This document shows positions 10,584 through 19,316 of a DNA stretch of 32,000 nt, piece by piece. Location: assembly GCF_000247565.1 (NCBI RefSeq), contig NC_016893.1:390001-422000 (forward strand), read 5' to 3'. The notes under the pieces were generated by a model. It worked only from the letters and a program-made list of their open reading frames with translations, made no database searches and was not told the origin of the DNA. The stretch is from Wigglesworthia glossinidia endosymbiont of Glossina morsitans morsitans (Yale colony) (GTDB taxonomy: Bacteria; Pseudomonadota; Gammaproteobacteria; Enterobacterales; Enterobacteriaceae). Position numbers and translations under genes: made by a program. How positions within the stretch are numbered: the stretch's first letter is position 1; each line of letters starts with the position of its first letter.

Positions 10584-11543
10584 ATGAATTTAAATTTTCT
10601 TGATTTTGAACAACCTATTGCGAATTTAGAAGCTAAAATTAATTCTTTAGTTGAATTAAGCAATCGAGATAAAACATTACATATTAATTTAGATAAAGAA
10701 ATTCTTTGTTTACGTAAAAAAAGCTCAGAACTGACAAAAAAAATTTTTTCTAACCTTGATGCATGGCAAATTACTCAATTAGCAAGACATCCCATGCGAC
10801 CATATACTCTAGATTATATAAAAAATATTTTTACAGATTTTGATGAATTTTCTGGTGATCGTTTATATGGTGATGACAAAGCAATTGTTGGAGGGATAGG
10901 TCGATTAAATTCAAGACCAGTTATGGTAATTGGTCATCAAAAAGGTAGGAATATAAAAGAAAAAATTTTTAGAAATTTTGGAATGCCTGCTCCAGAAGGT
11001 TATAGAAAAGCATTAAGACTAATGCAAATGGCAGAACAATTTAAACTGCCCGTAATTACATTTATTGATACTCCTGGCGCTTATCCCGGAATAGGTGCTG
11101 AAAAAAGAGGACAATCAGAAGCGATTGCAAAAAATTTAAGAGAAATGTCTACACTAGAAGTGCCTATAATTTGTACTGTTATAGGCGAAGGTGGTTCTGG
11201 AGGCGCTTTGGCAATTGGAGTGGGTGATAAAATTAATATGTTACAATATAGTATATATTCAGTAATTTCTCCAGAAGGATGTGCAGCAATTTTGTGGAAA
11301 AATGTAGAAAAAGCCCCGATCGCTGCAAAATCTATGGGAATTATTGCAAATCAATTAAAAAAATTAAATTTAATTGACACCGTTGTTCCTGAACCTTTAG
11401 GAGGAGCTCATCGAAATTTACAGACTGTTACTTCTAATTTAAAAGATAGATTAATCAAAGATCTCAAAATACTAGATAAAATGACAACTACTGATTTGTT
11501 AAGCAGTAGATATAAAAAATTGATGAATTATGGAAATATTTAA
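10584..11543 (+). CDS. accA: Acetyl-CoA carboxylase carboxyltransferase subunit alpha
   Basis: 319 aa, '[19 protein letters not shown]', '[13 protein letters not shown]', '[16 protein letters not shown]', '[13 protein letters not shown]'. Directly downstream of dnaE as in E. coli. Confidence 0.98.
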   Translation: MNLNFLDFEQPIANLEAKINSLVELSNRDKTLHINLDKEILCLRKKSSELTKKIFSNLDAWQITQLARHPMRPYTLDYIKNIFTDFDEFSGDRLYGDDKAIVGGIGRLNSRPVMVIGHQKGRNIKEKIFRNFGMPAPEGYRKALRLMQMAEQFKLPVITFIDTPGAYPGIGAEKRGQSEAIAKNLREMSTLEVPIICTVIGEGGSGGALAIGVGDKINMLQYSIYSVISPEGCAAILWKNVEKAPIAAKSMGIIANQLKKLNLIDTVVPEPLGGAHRNLQTVTSNLKDRLIKDLKILDKMTTTDLLSSRYKKLMNYGNI

Positions 11544-11757
11544 AATATGTACTAAACATCATAAATAAAAATATACAAAGTTTAATTTTATAAAAATATA
11601 AATTTAAAAAAAATAATATAATCTATATAAAATTTTAATATTTTAAATTTATAAAGTAAATAATTTATTTAAATGTAAAATGTATTATATAATAATCTAC
11701 ATTATTTATAATTTAATTTTTATAAGATTTCATACATAACAAATCTTCTTTATTAAA

Positions 11758-13203
11758 ATGATTAGCTATTTTATTGTTGGTTCATTATTAGTAATAATTA
11801 GTATTATACTAAGTTCATTTTCTTCAAGATTGGGGATTCCTATTTTATTGATTTTTTTAGTACTTGGAATGTTAGCTGGCATTGACGGTATAGGGAAAAT
11901 AGATTTTAATGATTATTCTGTTGCTTATACAATAAGTAATTTAGCATTAGCAATTATTTTATTAGATGGAGGCATGAAAACTAAGTTTCAAGCATTTCGA
12001 ATAGCATTGTTGCCAGCTTTATCATTATCTACACTTGGCGTTATTATTACATCAGGACTTACTGGGATCGTTGCAGCATGGATATTTAAGTTAGATATTT
12101 TAGAAGGCATGTTAATTGGTGCTATAATCGGATCAACGGATGCTTCTGCTGTTTTTTCATTATTAGGCAATACAAATCTAAAAGAACATGTAAATGCTAC
12201 ATTAGAGATTGAATCTGGAAGTAACGATCCAATGTCTATGTTTTTAACTACTATACTCATTTCTACTATTCAAAATAAATATCCTACATATGTAAATTTT
12301 ACTGTTTTATTGCATTTATTTTATGAATTTGGATTAGGTATTTTACTTGGATGCATAGGAGGGTGGTGTATATGTAAAATTATTAATCGTTTAAAATTAG
12401 CACATTCTTTATATCCACTTTTAGCTTTAAGTGGAGGAATTATGCTATTTAGTATCACTAATTTATTGCATGGTAGCGGTATTTTATCAGTTTATTTATG
12501 CGGTTTAATGTTAGGCAATTATCCTATTCGTAATCGTTTTGAAATTTTGCAAATGTTTGACGGCATGACATGGTTAAGTCAAATTTGCATGTTTTTAATT
12601 TTAGGATTACTAGTGACTCCTAGCGACTTGTTAAGCATTGCTAAGCCAGCATTATTGTTGTCTTTTTGGATTATTTTTATTGCACGTCCTTTATCTGTAT
12701 TATTTGGGTTATTACCGTTTAAAAAATATTCTAAAAAAGAACTTTTATTTTTGTCTTGGGTAGGTTTAAGGGGAGCTGTACCTATTATTCTTTCGGTATT
12801 TCCTATGATGGCTGGTTTAGATAATGCACGTTTTTATTTTAATGTATCTTTTTTTATTGTTTTAATTTCTTTATTGATACAAGGTACATCAATTAATTTT
12901 GCTGCAAAATTAACCAACGTAATAGCTGAAAAGATGTGTCAACCAATTTTTCGGGGAGGTATAAGTTTTTATCAAGAAAATTCTTGGGAGATATTAATTT
13001 ACCAAATTAAAATTGGAAGTCATTTATCTAATGTTCCAATCAATCAATTAAGTTTGCCACGATTTGTGTATATTGTAGCAATTTTTAGAAAAAATAAATT
13101 TGTTCAAGTTGTTTCTCGAAACGTTTTAAATTGTGAAGATATCGTAATTTTTATAGGAAAAACATCTGCAATATTTAAATTAGAAAAATTGTTTAATAGT
13201 TAA
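11758..13203 (+). CDS. nhaP2: K+/H+ (cation/proton) antiporter NhaP2/CvrA family, apparently lacking the C-terminal region
   Basis: 481 aa: 'ILSSFSSRLGIPILLIFLVLGMLAG', 'ESGSNDPMSMFL', 'WVGLRGAVPIIL', then a TrkA-C-like segment ending at 'LEKLFNS'. The E. coli protein is about 100 aa longer. Confidence 0.93.
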   Translation: MISYFIVGSLLVIISIILSSFSSRLGIPILLIFLVLGMLAGIDGIGKIDFNDYSVAYTISNLALAIILLDGGMKTKFQAFRIALLPALSLSTLGVIITSGLTGIVAAWIFKLDILEGMLIGAIIGSTDASAVFSLLGNTNLKEHVNATLEIESGSNDPMSMFLTTILISTIQNKYPTYVNFTVLLHLFYEFGLGILLGCIGGWCICKIINRLKLAHSLYPLLALSGGIMLFSITNLLHGSGILSVYLCGLMLGNYPIRNRFEILQMFDGMTWLSQICMFLILGLLVTPSDLLSIAKPALLLSFWIIFIARPLSVLFGLLPFKKYSKKELLFLSWVGLRGAVPIILSVFPMMAGLDNARFYFNVSFFIVLISLLIQGTSINFAAKLTNVIAEKMCQPIFRGGISFYQENSWEILIYQIKIGSHLSNVPINQLSLPRFVYIVAIFRKNKFVQVVSRNVLNCEDIVIFIGKTSAIFKLEKLFNS

Positions 13204-13231
13204 AATTTTTAATATATTTAAAATACTTATT

Positions 13232-14311
13232 TTATTCAACTTTTACGGATACTCTCGAATTAATTTTACACATTAATTCATAACTAGTTGTTCTTGCTGA
13301 CTGAGCAATATCGTTTATTTTAATATTTTTTCCCCATAATTCTACTTTAGAACCAATTTTAGCATTTGGGCACGGTTTTAAGTCGACTGTTAACATATCC
13401 ATGTATATAGAACCAATTACTTGTGTGCGAATACCATCTACTAATACTGGAGTTCCGCTCGTATTAATGTTATAAGGGTATCCATCTGCGTATCCGCAAG
13501 AAACTATCCCAATAATATTATCAAATTTTGAATAATAATTTTTTCCATATCCAATAAATTTTTTAGAATTTACTTTTTGAATGGCTATTAATTTACTTTC
13601 TAGTGTCATAACTGGTTCAAAATCATCATATTTTTGATCAAAAAAATTTTTTTGAAACGGCAATATTCCATATAATATTATTCCTGGCCTAACCCAAGAC
13701 TTATGAGTTTCAGGATGCAACAAAATTGCCGTCGAATTTGCTAAACATAGTGGAATTTTTTTTATTTTACTAAAAACCGAATCAACAATTTTTAATTGTT
13801 GATGCACAGAACTTTTTGAATAACTATGAGCAAAATGGCTCATTAATGTTAAGCTGGATACTTTTTTTAATTGATATAATTCATTCCATGAATGAATAAA
13901 ATTATTTTTGTTAAATCCTAGTCGGTTCATTCCGCTATTTAATTTTAAATATACATGAATAGGTCGATTTATATTATATTTTTTTAATATATCTATTTGC
14001 CATGTGCTATGTATCACCGTAGTGACTTCGTGTTGACATATTTCGAAAAGCTCTGATTTATTAAAAAATCCAGAAATTAATAGAATTGGTCCTTTCCAGC
14101 CATTTTCTCTTAAAAAAATTGCTTCATTTATTTCTAATACGGCAAACCCGGAAGTTTTGCGTAATCCTTGTAAAGCTGCTTTTATTGTGTGTCCATAAGC
14201 GTTTGCTTTTATAACACACCAAATTTTTGATTTTGGAGCATATTTTTTAACAATATTTAAATTTGACGTAAATGCTTTTAAGTTGATTTTCAATACAGCA
14301 TGTCTTGGCAT
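13232..14311 (-). CDS. alr: Alanine racemase (DadX/Alr), PLP-dependent
   Basis: 359 aa, 'WCVIKANAYGHTIKAA' PLP-lysine motif, 'SGMNRLGF', 'VRPGIILYG', 'GYADGYP'. Convergent with nhaP2/cvrA, the arrangement of E. coli dadX. Confidence 0.96.
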   Translation of the reverse strand: MPRHAVLKINLKAFTSNLNIVKKYAPKSKIWCVIKANAYGHTIKAALQGLRKTSGFAVLEINEAIFLRENGWKGPILLISGFFNKSELFEICQHEVTTVIHSTWQIDILKKYNINRPIHVYLKLNSGMNRLGFNKNNFIHSWNELYQLKKVSSLTLMSHFAHSYSKSSVHQQLKIVDSVFSKIKKIPLCLANSTAILLHPETHKSWVRPGIILYGILPFQKNFFDQKYDDFEPVMTLESKLIAIQKVNSKKFIGYGKNYYSKFDNIIGIVSCGYADGYPYNINTSGTPVLVDGIRTQVIGSIYMDMLTVDLKPCPNAKIGSKVELWGKNIKINDIAQSARTTSYELMCKINSRVSVKVE

Positions 14312-14662
14312 TTTTAATTCTCTATAAATATTTTAAATATAAAAGATTTTTAACTAAAAAATTTATGCATTTTAATGTATTACAAATTATAATATTTTAA
14401 TAAAGTTATAATATATATGTTATCATATTATTTCGATTTTTAATATTTAACATCATATAAATTTAAAATTTTTATATATTTCAAGAATTTTGAAGCATTT
14501 AATTTTGTATAAAATTTTTGTTTTAAATATAAACAAATTTTTATATAAATTAATTATTATATAAAATATTTTTAAATATTAAAATTTATAAACTAAAAAA
14601 CAAAAAAATTATATAATTTTTTTAGAAAAATTATATATAATATATAAAACGTTAAACGTTCT

Positions 14663-15364
14663 ATGTCAAATAAATCTTATGTAAAATTTTCAGTTGAACA
14701 TTTTTCATCTTTAGTATTATACGTATATAATTTAAAAATAAAAACAATTGAAAAAATTATAAATAAAAAAATTAAACAATTTCCTAATTTTTTTAAAAAT
14801 ATACCTTGTATTATAGATGTTTCTAATTTAACTGAACATGATTATTTATATTGGCAAGAAGCTTATCATAGTATTTTAAACACAGGACTATATATTATTG
14901 GCGTAAGTGGATACATCAATAACAAATGGAAGCTAGCTTTAATTAAAAGTAATATACCAATCTTAAATAAAAAAAGATCAATTGATAAAAATTTTTCTTC
15001 AAAACCAGAAAAATACAAAAAAATTTATAGCGATTTTGTTGTTGATAAACCGGTGCGATCCGGACAAATTATATATGCAAAAAATAAAAATTTAATAATT
15101 ATAAATACTGTAAGTTCAGGTGCTGAAATAATTGCAGACGGCAACATTCACGTGTACGGAACTTTACGTGGAAAAGCTTTTGCAGGAGTAGGAGAAGCAG
15201 ATAGTCAAAAATGTCAAATTTTTTGTACGCAATTGTTAGCAGAATGCATATCAATCGCAGGTAAATTTTGGATTAATGAAGATATTCCAAAATCAAATTT
15301 AGGAAAATCTGCAAGATTTTTTTTAAAAAAAAATATATTAACTATTCAAAAATTTAGTTTGTAA
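14663..15364 (+). CDS. minC: Septum site-determining protein MinC
   Basis: 233 aa, C-terminal 'PVRSGQIIYAKNKNLIIINTVSSGAEIIADGNIHVYGTLRGKAFAG'. Immediately upstream of minD. Confidence 0.95.
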   Translation: MSNKSYVKFSVEHFSSLVLYVYNLKIKTIEKIINKKIKQFPNFFKNIPCIIDVSNLTEHDYLYWQEAYHSILNTGLYIIGVSGYINNKWKLALIKSNIPILNKKRSIDKNFSSKPEKYKKIYSDFVVDKPVRSGQIIYAKNKNLIIINTVSSGAEIIADGNIHVYGTLRGKAFAGVGEADSQKCQIFCTQLLAECISIAGKFWINEDIPKSNLGKSARFFLKKNILTIQKFSL

Positions 15365-15374
15365 GGAAATAATT

Positions 15375-16208
15375 ATGACAAAAATTTTAGCAATTACTTC
15401 AGGAAAAGGAGGAGTGGGAAAAACTACGTCTAGTGCTTCAATAGCGACAGGTTTAGCTATTTTAAAAAAAAAAACAGTGGTGATTGATTTCGATGTTGGA
15501 TTAAGAAATCTTGATTTAATTATGGGATGTGAAAGAAGAGTGGTATATGATTTAGTTAATGTTATTCAAGGAGAAGCATCATTAAATCAAGCTTTAATTA
15601 AAGATAAATACACTGATAAATTGTATATTTTACCAGCTTCTCAAACAAAAGATAAAAATATATTAACACATGAATCTATTAGTATTATGTTAAAAAATTT
15701 GCAAGATATGCAATTTGATTTTATTATATGTGATTCTCCGGCAGGAATTGAAAAAGGCGCTCTTCTTTCTTTTTATTTTGCGGATGAAGCAATTGTTATT
15801 ACAAATCCAGAGATATCATCTGTACGTGATTCAGATCGAATTTTAGGTATGTTATCTTCAAAATCTTATCGAGCTGAAAACAATCTTGAACCTATAAAAG
15901 AACACTTATTATTAACACGATATAATGTAAAGCGTGTAATTAATGGCGATATGTTAAGTGCAGAAGACGTAATTGATATTTTACGTATTCCTCTATTAGG
16001 TATAATACCCGAAGATACATCTATCTTAAAAGCTTCCAATCAAGGTAAACCTATTATTTTGGATAATAAGTCACAAGCAGGTCAAGCTTATAAAAAAGTA
16101 TCACGTCGATTATTAGGAGAAGAATGTACTTTCAATATATTAAAAAAAGAAAAAAAAATAGGCATAATTAGACGATTATTTTATGGAATTAAACATGGTA
16201 TTACTTAA
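15375..16208 (+). CDS. minD: Septum site-determining ATPase MinD
   Basis: 277 aa, deviant Walker A 'SGKGGVGKTT', 'VVIDFDVGLRNLDLIMGCERRVVYDLVNVIQG'. C-terminal tail is longer than in E. coli. Confidence 0.97.
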   Translation: MTKILAITSGKGGVGKTTSSASIATGLAILKKKTVVIDFDVGLRNLDLIMGCERRVVYDLVNVIQGEASLNQALIKDKYTDKLYILPASQTKDKNILTHESISIMLKNLQDMQFDFIICDSPAGIEKGALLSFYFADEAIVITNPEISSVRDSDRILGMLSSKSYRAENNLEPIKEHLLLTRYNVKRVINGDMLSAEDVIDILRIPLLGIIPEDTSILKASNQGKPIILDNKSQAGQAYKKVSRRLLGEECTFNILKKEKKIGIIRRLFYGIKHGIT

Positions 16209-16476
16209 TTTTTTTATATCTCGAAAAAAAATGACTGCTCATACAGCCAAAAAACGCCTAAAAATTATTATTGAAGAACAAAGAAAAAATGCAATCAAAC
16301 CAGTATATGTACAATTAAAAAAAGATCTTAAAAGAGTTATTGGAAAATATTTTAATATAAATCCGAATACATTGTCTATTAAATTAGAACATAAAAATCA
16401 TAAAGATTTACAAATATTTGAATTAAATATTATTTTACCAAAAGAACATAAAACAACAAATGTTGTGAGTGAATAA
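16195..16476 (+). CDS. minE: Cell division topological specificity factor MinE
   Basis: ORF track starts at 16183, but alignment to the MinE N-terminus (MALLDFFLSRKK) supports ATG 16195 (MVLLNFFISRKKMTAHTAKKRLKIII). 93 aa. Confidence 0.93.
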   Translation: MVLLNFFISRKKMTAHTAKKRLKIIIEEQRKNAIKPVYVQLKKDLKRVIGKYFNINPNTLSIKLEHKNHKDLQIFELNIILPKEHKTTNVVSE

Positions 16477-16493
16477 TATATTTTTTAATTGAA

Positions 16494-17162
16494 CTAAAAA
16501 TTAAAAAAATTTTTCTTATAAAGAAGTTCTTTACATAAAAAATTTTTTTTATGAGAGAAACAAAAATTAGCTAGTGTCACAATATCTTGTGAACTGGAAA
16601 AAATATTTTTAACATAAACAATGTTCGCATTAATTTGAACAAAATTTTTTAGTGATTGATATTTTTCCCAACTATTTCCCGATATTATCTGGATATTAGG
16701 TATATAATAGATTAGAGACAATAGTTTTTTTGGCGTAGAAAAATGTTCTTTTAATATTTCTATTGTATTATTATCTTTTTGGTAAACAGCCCAATTAATT
16801 AAATTTTTACTAAAATTAATAGCAATTAATACTTTTTTACAATTAGTATGTGTAAAAATTTTTTGTGCTAATATGTGTAAAGCAGATATACCTAAAACAG
16901 GTAAATTGTTAGCAAAAGATAATCCTTGTATAATTGCAATGCTAATACGTAACCCTAATAAACTTCCTGGGCCTTTATTAAATACAAAATAATTAACATT
17001 TGAAAGTAATAAATTAACATCATGTAAAGTTTTTTTAATTGCATATAAAATATATTTTGTATTTTCTTTTTTTATCGCTTTATATTCAGTAGAAATTTTG
17101 TTATTTTTCATGCAAGTAACTGAATATATTTGATTTGTAAAATCTAGTGCAAGAAAATTCAT
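16494..17162 (-). CDS. tsaB: tRNA threonylcarbamoyladenosine biosynthesis protein TsaB (YeaZ), divergent
   Basis: 222 aa with 'ILALDFTNQIYSVTC'-like start and 'FNKGPGSLLGLRISIAIIQGLSFANNLPVLGISAL' typical of TsaB. The rest is weakly conserved. Confidence 0.85.
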   Translation of the reverse strand: MNFLALDFTNQIYSVTCMKNNKISTEYKAIKKENTKYILYAIKKTLHDVNLLLSNVNYFVFNKGPGSLLGLRISIAIIQGLSFANNLPVLGISALHILAQKIFTHTNCKKVLIAINFSKNLINWAVYQKDNNTIEILKEHFSTPKKLLSLIYYIPNIQIISGNSWEKYQSLKNFVQINANIVYVKNIFSSSQDIVTLANFCFSHKKNFLCKELLYKKNFFNF

Positions 17163-17175
17163 AAAATAAAATCTC

Positions 17176-17982
17176 TTAAATATTCATTTTTATCCAAATT
17201 GGGACATGATCTGATGCAGTATGAATTAATCGAATATGATATAGTATACCAGAAGATTGAATATACTTTAATATATTATGAGTGGCTAAAAACAAATCAA
17301 TTCTTAAACCGATATTTTTTAAATACCCTTGCGATCGATAATCAAACCAAGAATAAAAATTTTTTTTTTGAGGATATAAATAACGAAATACGTCTTTAAA
17401 TCCTAATTGAAATAAGTTATTCAACCACATTCTTTCTTCAGGTAAGAATGCACATTTTTTTAAATTTAACCATTGCTTGTACGAATTTACACTTAATCCG
17501 ATATCTAGGTCTGTTGGACTAATATTCATATCCCCCATAATTAAAATATGAGCATTTTTTTCACAATTTCTTTTTAAAAAAAGATATAATTTTTGATAAA
17601 AAAATTTTTTTTCTTCAAATTTATCTGTCTTATAGAAAGACTCTCCATGAGGCGCATATATGTTGATTACAATAAGTTTTTTAATTTTTTTTGTTTTTAA
17701 TTCAATCGCAATCACACGGCGTTGCCTATTGTCATAATTATACAGTCCTCGAAATGTTTTTTGAATTTTAATTCGACTTAAGAACGCAACTCCGTGATAT
17801 TGTTTTTGTCCATATACATGTGCTCGATATCCATATTGTAAAAATTTTTTCTCTGGAAAATATTCTTCTTGCGTTTTAATTTCTTGCAATCCGATAATTT
17901 CAGGATAAATAGATCGCATGATAAATAATACTTGTTTTTCATGAGCTCTTACTCCATTGATATTAAAAGATATAAATTGCAT
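17176..17982 (-). CDS. xthA: Exodeoxyribonuclease III
   Basis: 268 aa, 'MQFISFNINGVRA', 'IIGLQEIKTQEEYFP', 'ILIMGDMNISPTDLDIG', 'CAFLPEERMWL', 'GLRIDLFLAT', 'SDHVPIWI'. Confidence 0.96.
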   Translation of the reverse strand: MQFISFNINGVRAHEKQVLFIMRSIYPEIIGLQEIKTQEEYFPEKKFLQYGYRAHVYGQKQYHGVAFLSRIKIQKTFRGLYNYDNRQRRVIAIELKTKKIKKLIVINIYAPHGESFYKTDKFEEKKFFYQKLYLFLKRNCEKNAHILIMGDMNISPTDLDIGLSVNSYKQWLNLKKCAFLPEERMWLNNLFQLGFKDVFRYLYPQKKNFYSWFDYRSQGYLKNIGLRIDLFLATHNILKYIQSSGILYHIRLIHTASDHVPIWIKMNI

Positions 17983-18073
17983 ATATAATTCATTTATATA
18001 AATTTTTTTATTAATTTTATTATATGTTAAATATTTTAAAATGTTATTAAAATAATTTTTAATATATTAATAT

Positions 18074-18943
18074 TTAAAAAATTATTGTACGATTTTTAAA
18101 TATTAGAACACGATTAGAAAATATTAAATAAAGTGCGCGATTAAGAACGTATTGTTCCATGTCGTGTCCAATTCGAATCATATCGTTTAAAGAATAAGTA
18201 TGATCAATATGAACAACATCTTGGAATATTATTGGACCTGAATCTAAATAATTATTTACGTAATGTGCAGTAGCTCCAATAATTTTTACCCCTCTTTTGT
18301 AAGCTTGCAAGTAAGGTTTAGCTCCTGTAAATGATGGTAAAATTGAATGATGTACATTTATAATTTTATTATGATAACTTTGCACAAATTTGGATGTTAA
18401 TATGCGCATATACTTTGCTAAAATAATATAATCTGGTTTAAATTTTTTACTTATTTCTAAAATTTTATTACTATGTTCTTCATTGCTTAACATATAATGA
18501 TCAATATAATAATATGGAATATGAAATAATTTTACTAGTGGCTTAAGAATTTTATGATTGCTTATTATTGCTAATATATCAGCATATAAATGACCAAATT
18601 TTTTTTTAATTAATAAGTTTCCGATGCAGTGTGATTCTTTAGTTGCTAATAATATAATTTTTGGTTTTTTTACATTATGACAGTTAATTTCTAATTCTGA
18701 TGGAAGTAAATTATGAAAATCATATAAAAATGAACAATCTTGAAAATATCCTTGAATTGATAAACGTATAAAAAATATATTTATTTCTGTATCTAGATAA
18801 GTAGAAATTTCTAAAATTTCTAGAGATTGATTAGAACATATTTTCATAATTTTGTTAATTATGTTTGTTTGATATTTGCAAGTAATAAATACAACTTTTT
18901 TTTTGAGACATTCTATATTTACATTTTTATTAAAAATAGACAT
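18074..18943 (-). CDS. purU: Formyltetrahydrofolate deformylase PurU
   Basis: 289 aa with N-terminal ACT-like domain, 'LLATKESHCIGNLLIK', 'ILAKYMRILTSKFV', 'IINVHHSILPSFTGAKPYLQAYKRGVKIIGATAHYVNNYLDSGPII'. Confidence 0.95.
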   Translation of the reverse strand: MSIFNKNVNIECLKKKVVFITCKYQTNIINKIMKICSNQSLEILEISTYLDTEINIFFIRLSIQGYFQDCSFLYDFHNLLPSELEINCHNVKKPKIILLATKESHCIGNLLIKKKFGHLYADILAIISNHKILKPLVKLFHIPYYYIDHYMLSNEEHSNKILEISKKFKPDYIILAKYMRILTSKFVQSYHNKIINVHHSILPSFTGAKPYLQAYKRGVKIIGATAHYVNNYLDSGPIIFQDVVHIDHTYSLNDMIRIGHDMEQYVLNRALYLIFSNRVLIFKNRTIIF

Positions 18944-19316
18944 AAATCAATTTATATAAATTTTTATAATTAAATAGAAATAATCAATTTTATTTTTCAT
19001 ATATAGATGTTATTAAGAAATATTTTAATCAAAATATAATTTTTTTAACTGCAAGATATGATGTAATATTTATATGATATAAATTATATTAAATTTATAA
19101 AAATCACTTTTATCTTATTTTTACACTATAAAAAAAATTAAATTTTAAATTTATATCAAAAAATTAATATAAAAATTTAAAGAAACATATTTTTCAAATT
19201 TATTAAAATATATTGATATAATTAACAAATAAGAACTTTTTAAATAAATTTAAGTAATTTTTTTAACATATAAATATTACTTTTTAATTTTAATTAAAAA
19301 TCTTTAAATTTAAATA

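Noticed and set aside
11988-12260. 90 aa minus-strand ORF in nhaP2
   Set aside because: Antisense to conserved membrane domain, no family.
17199-17399. 66 aa plus-strand ORF
   Set aside because: Antisense to xthA. No recognisable product.
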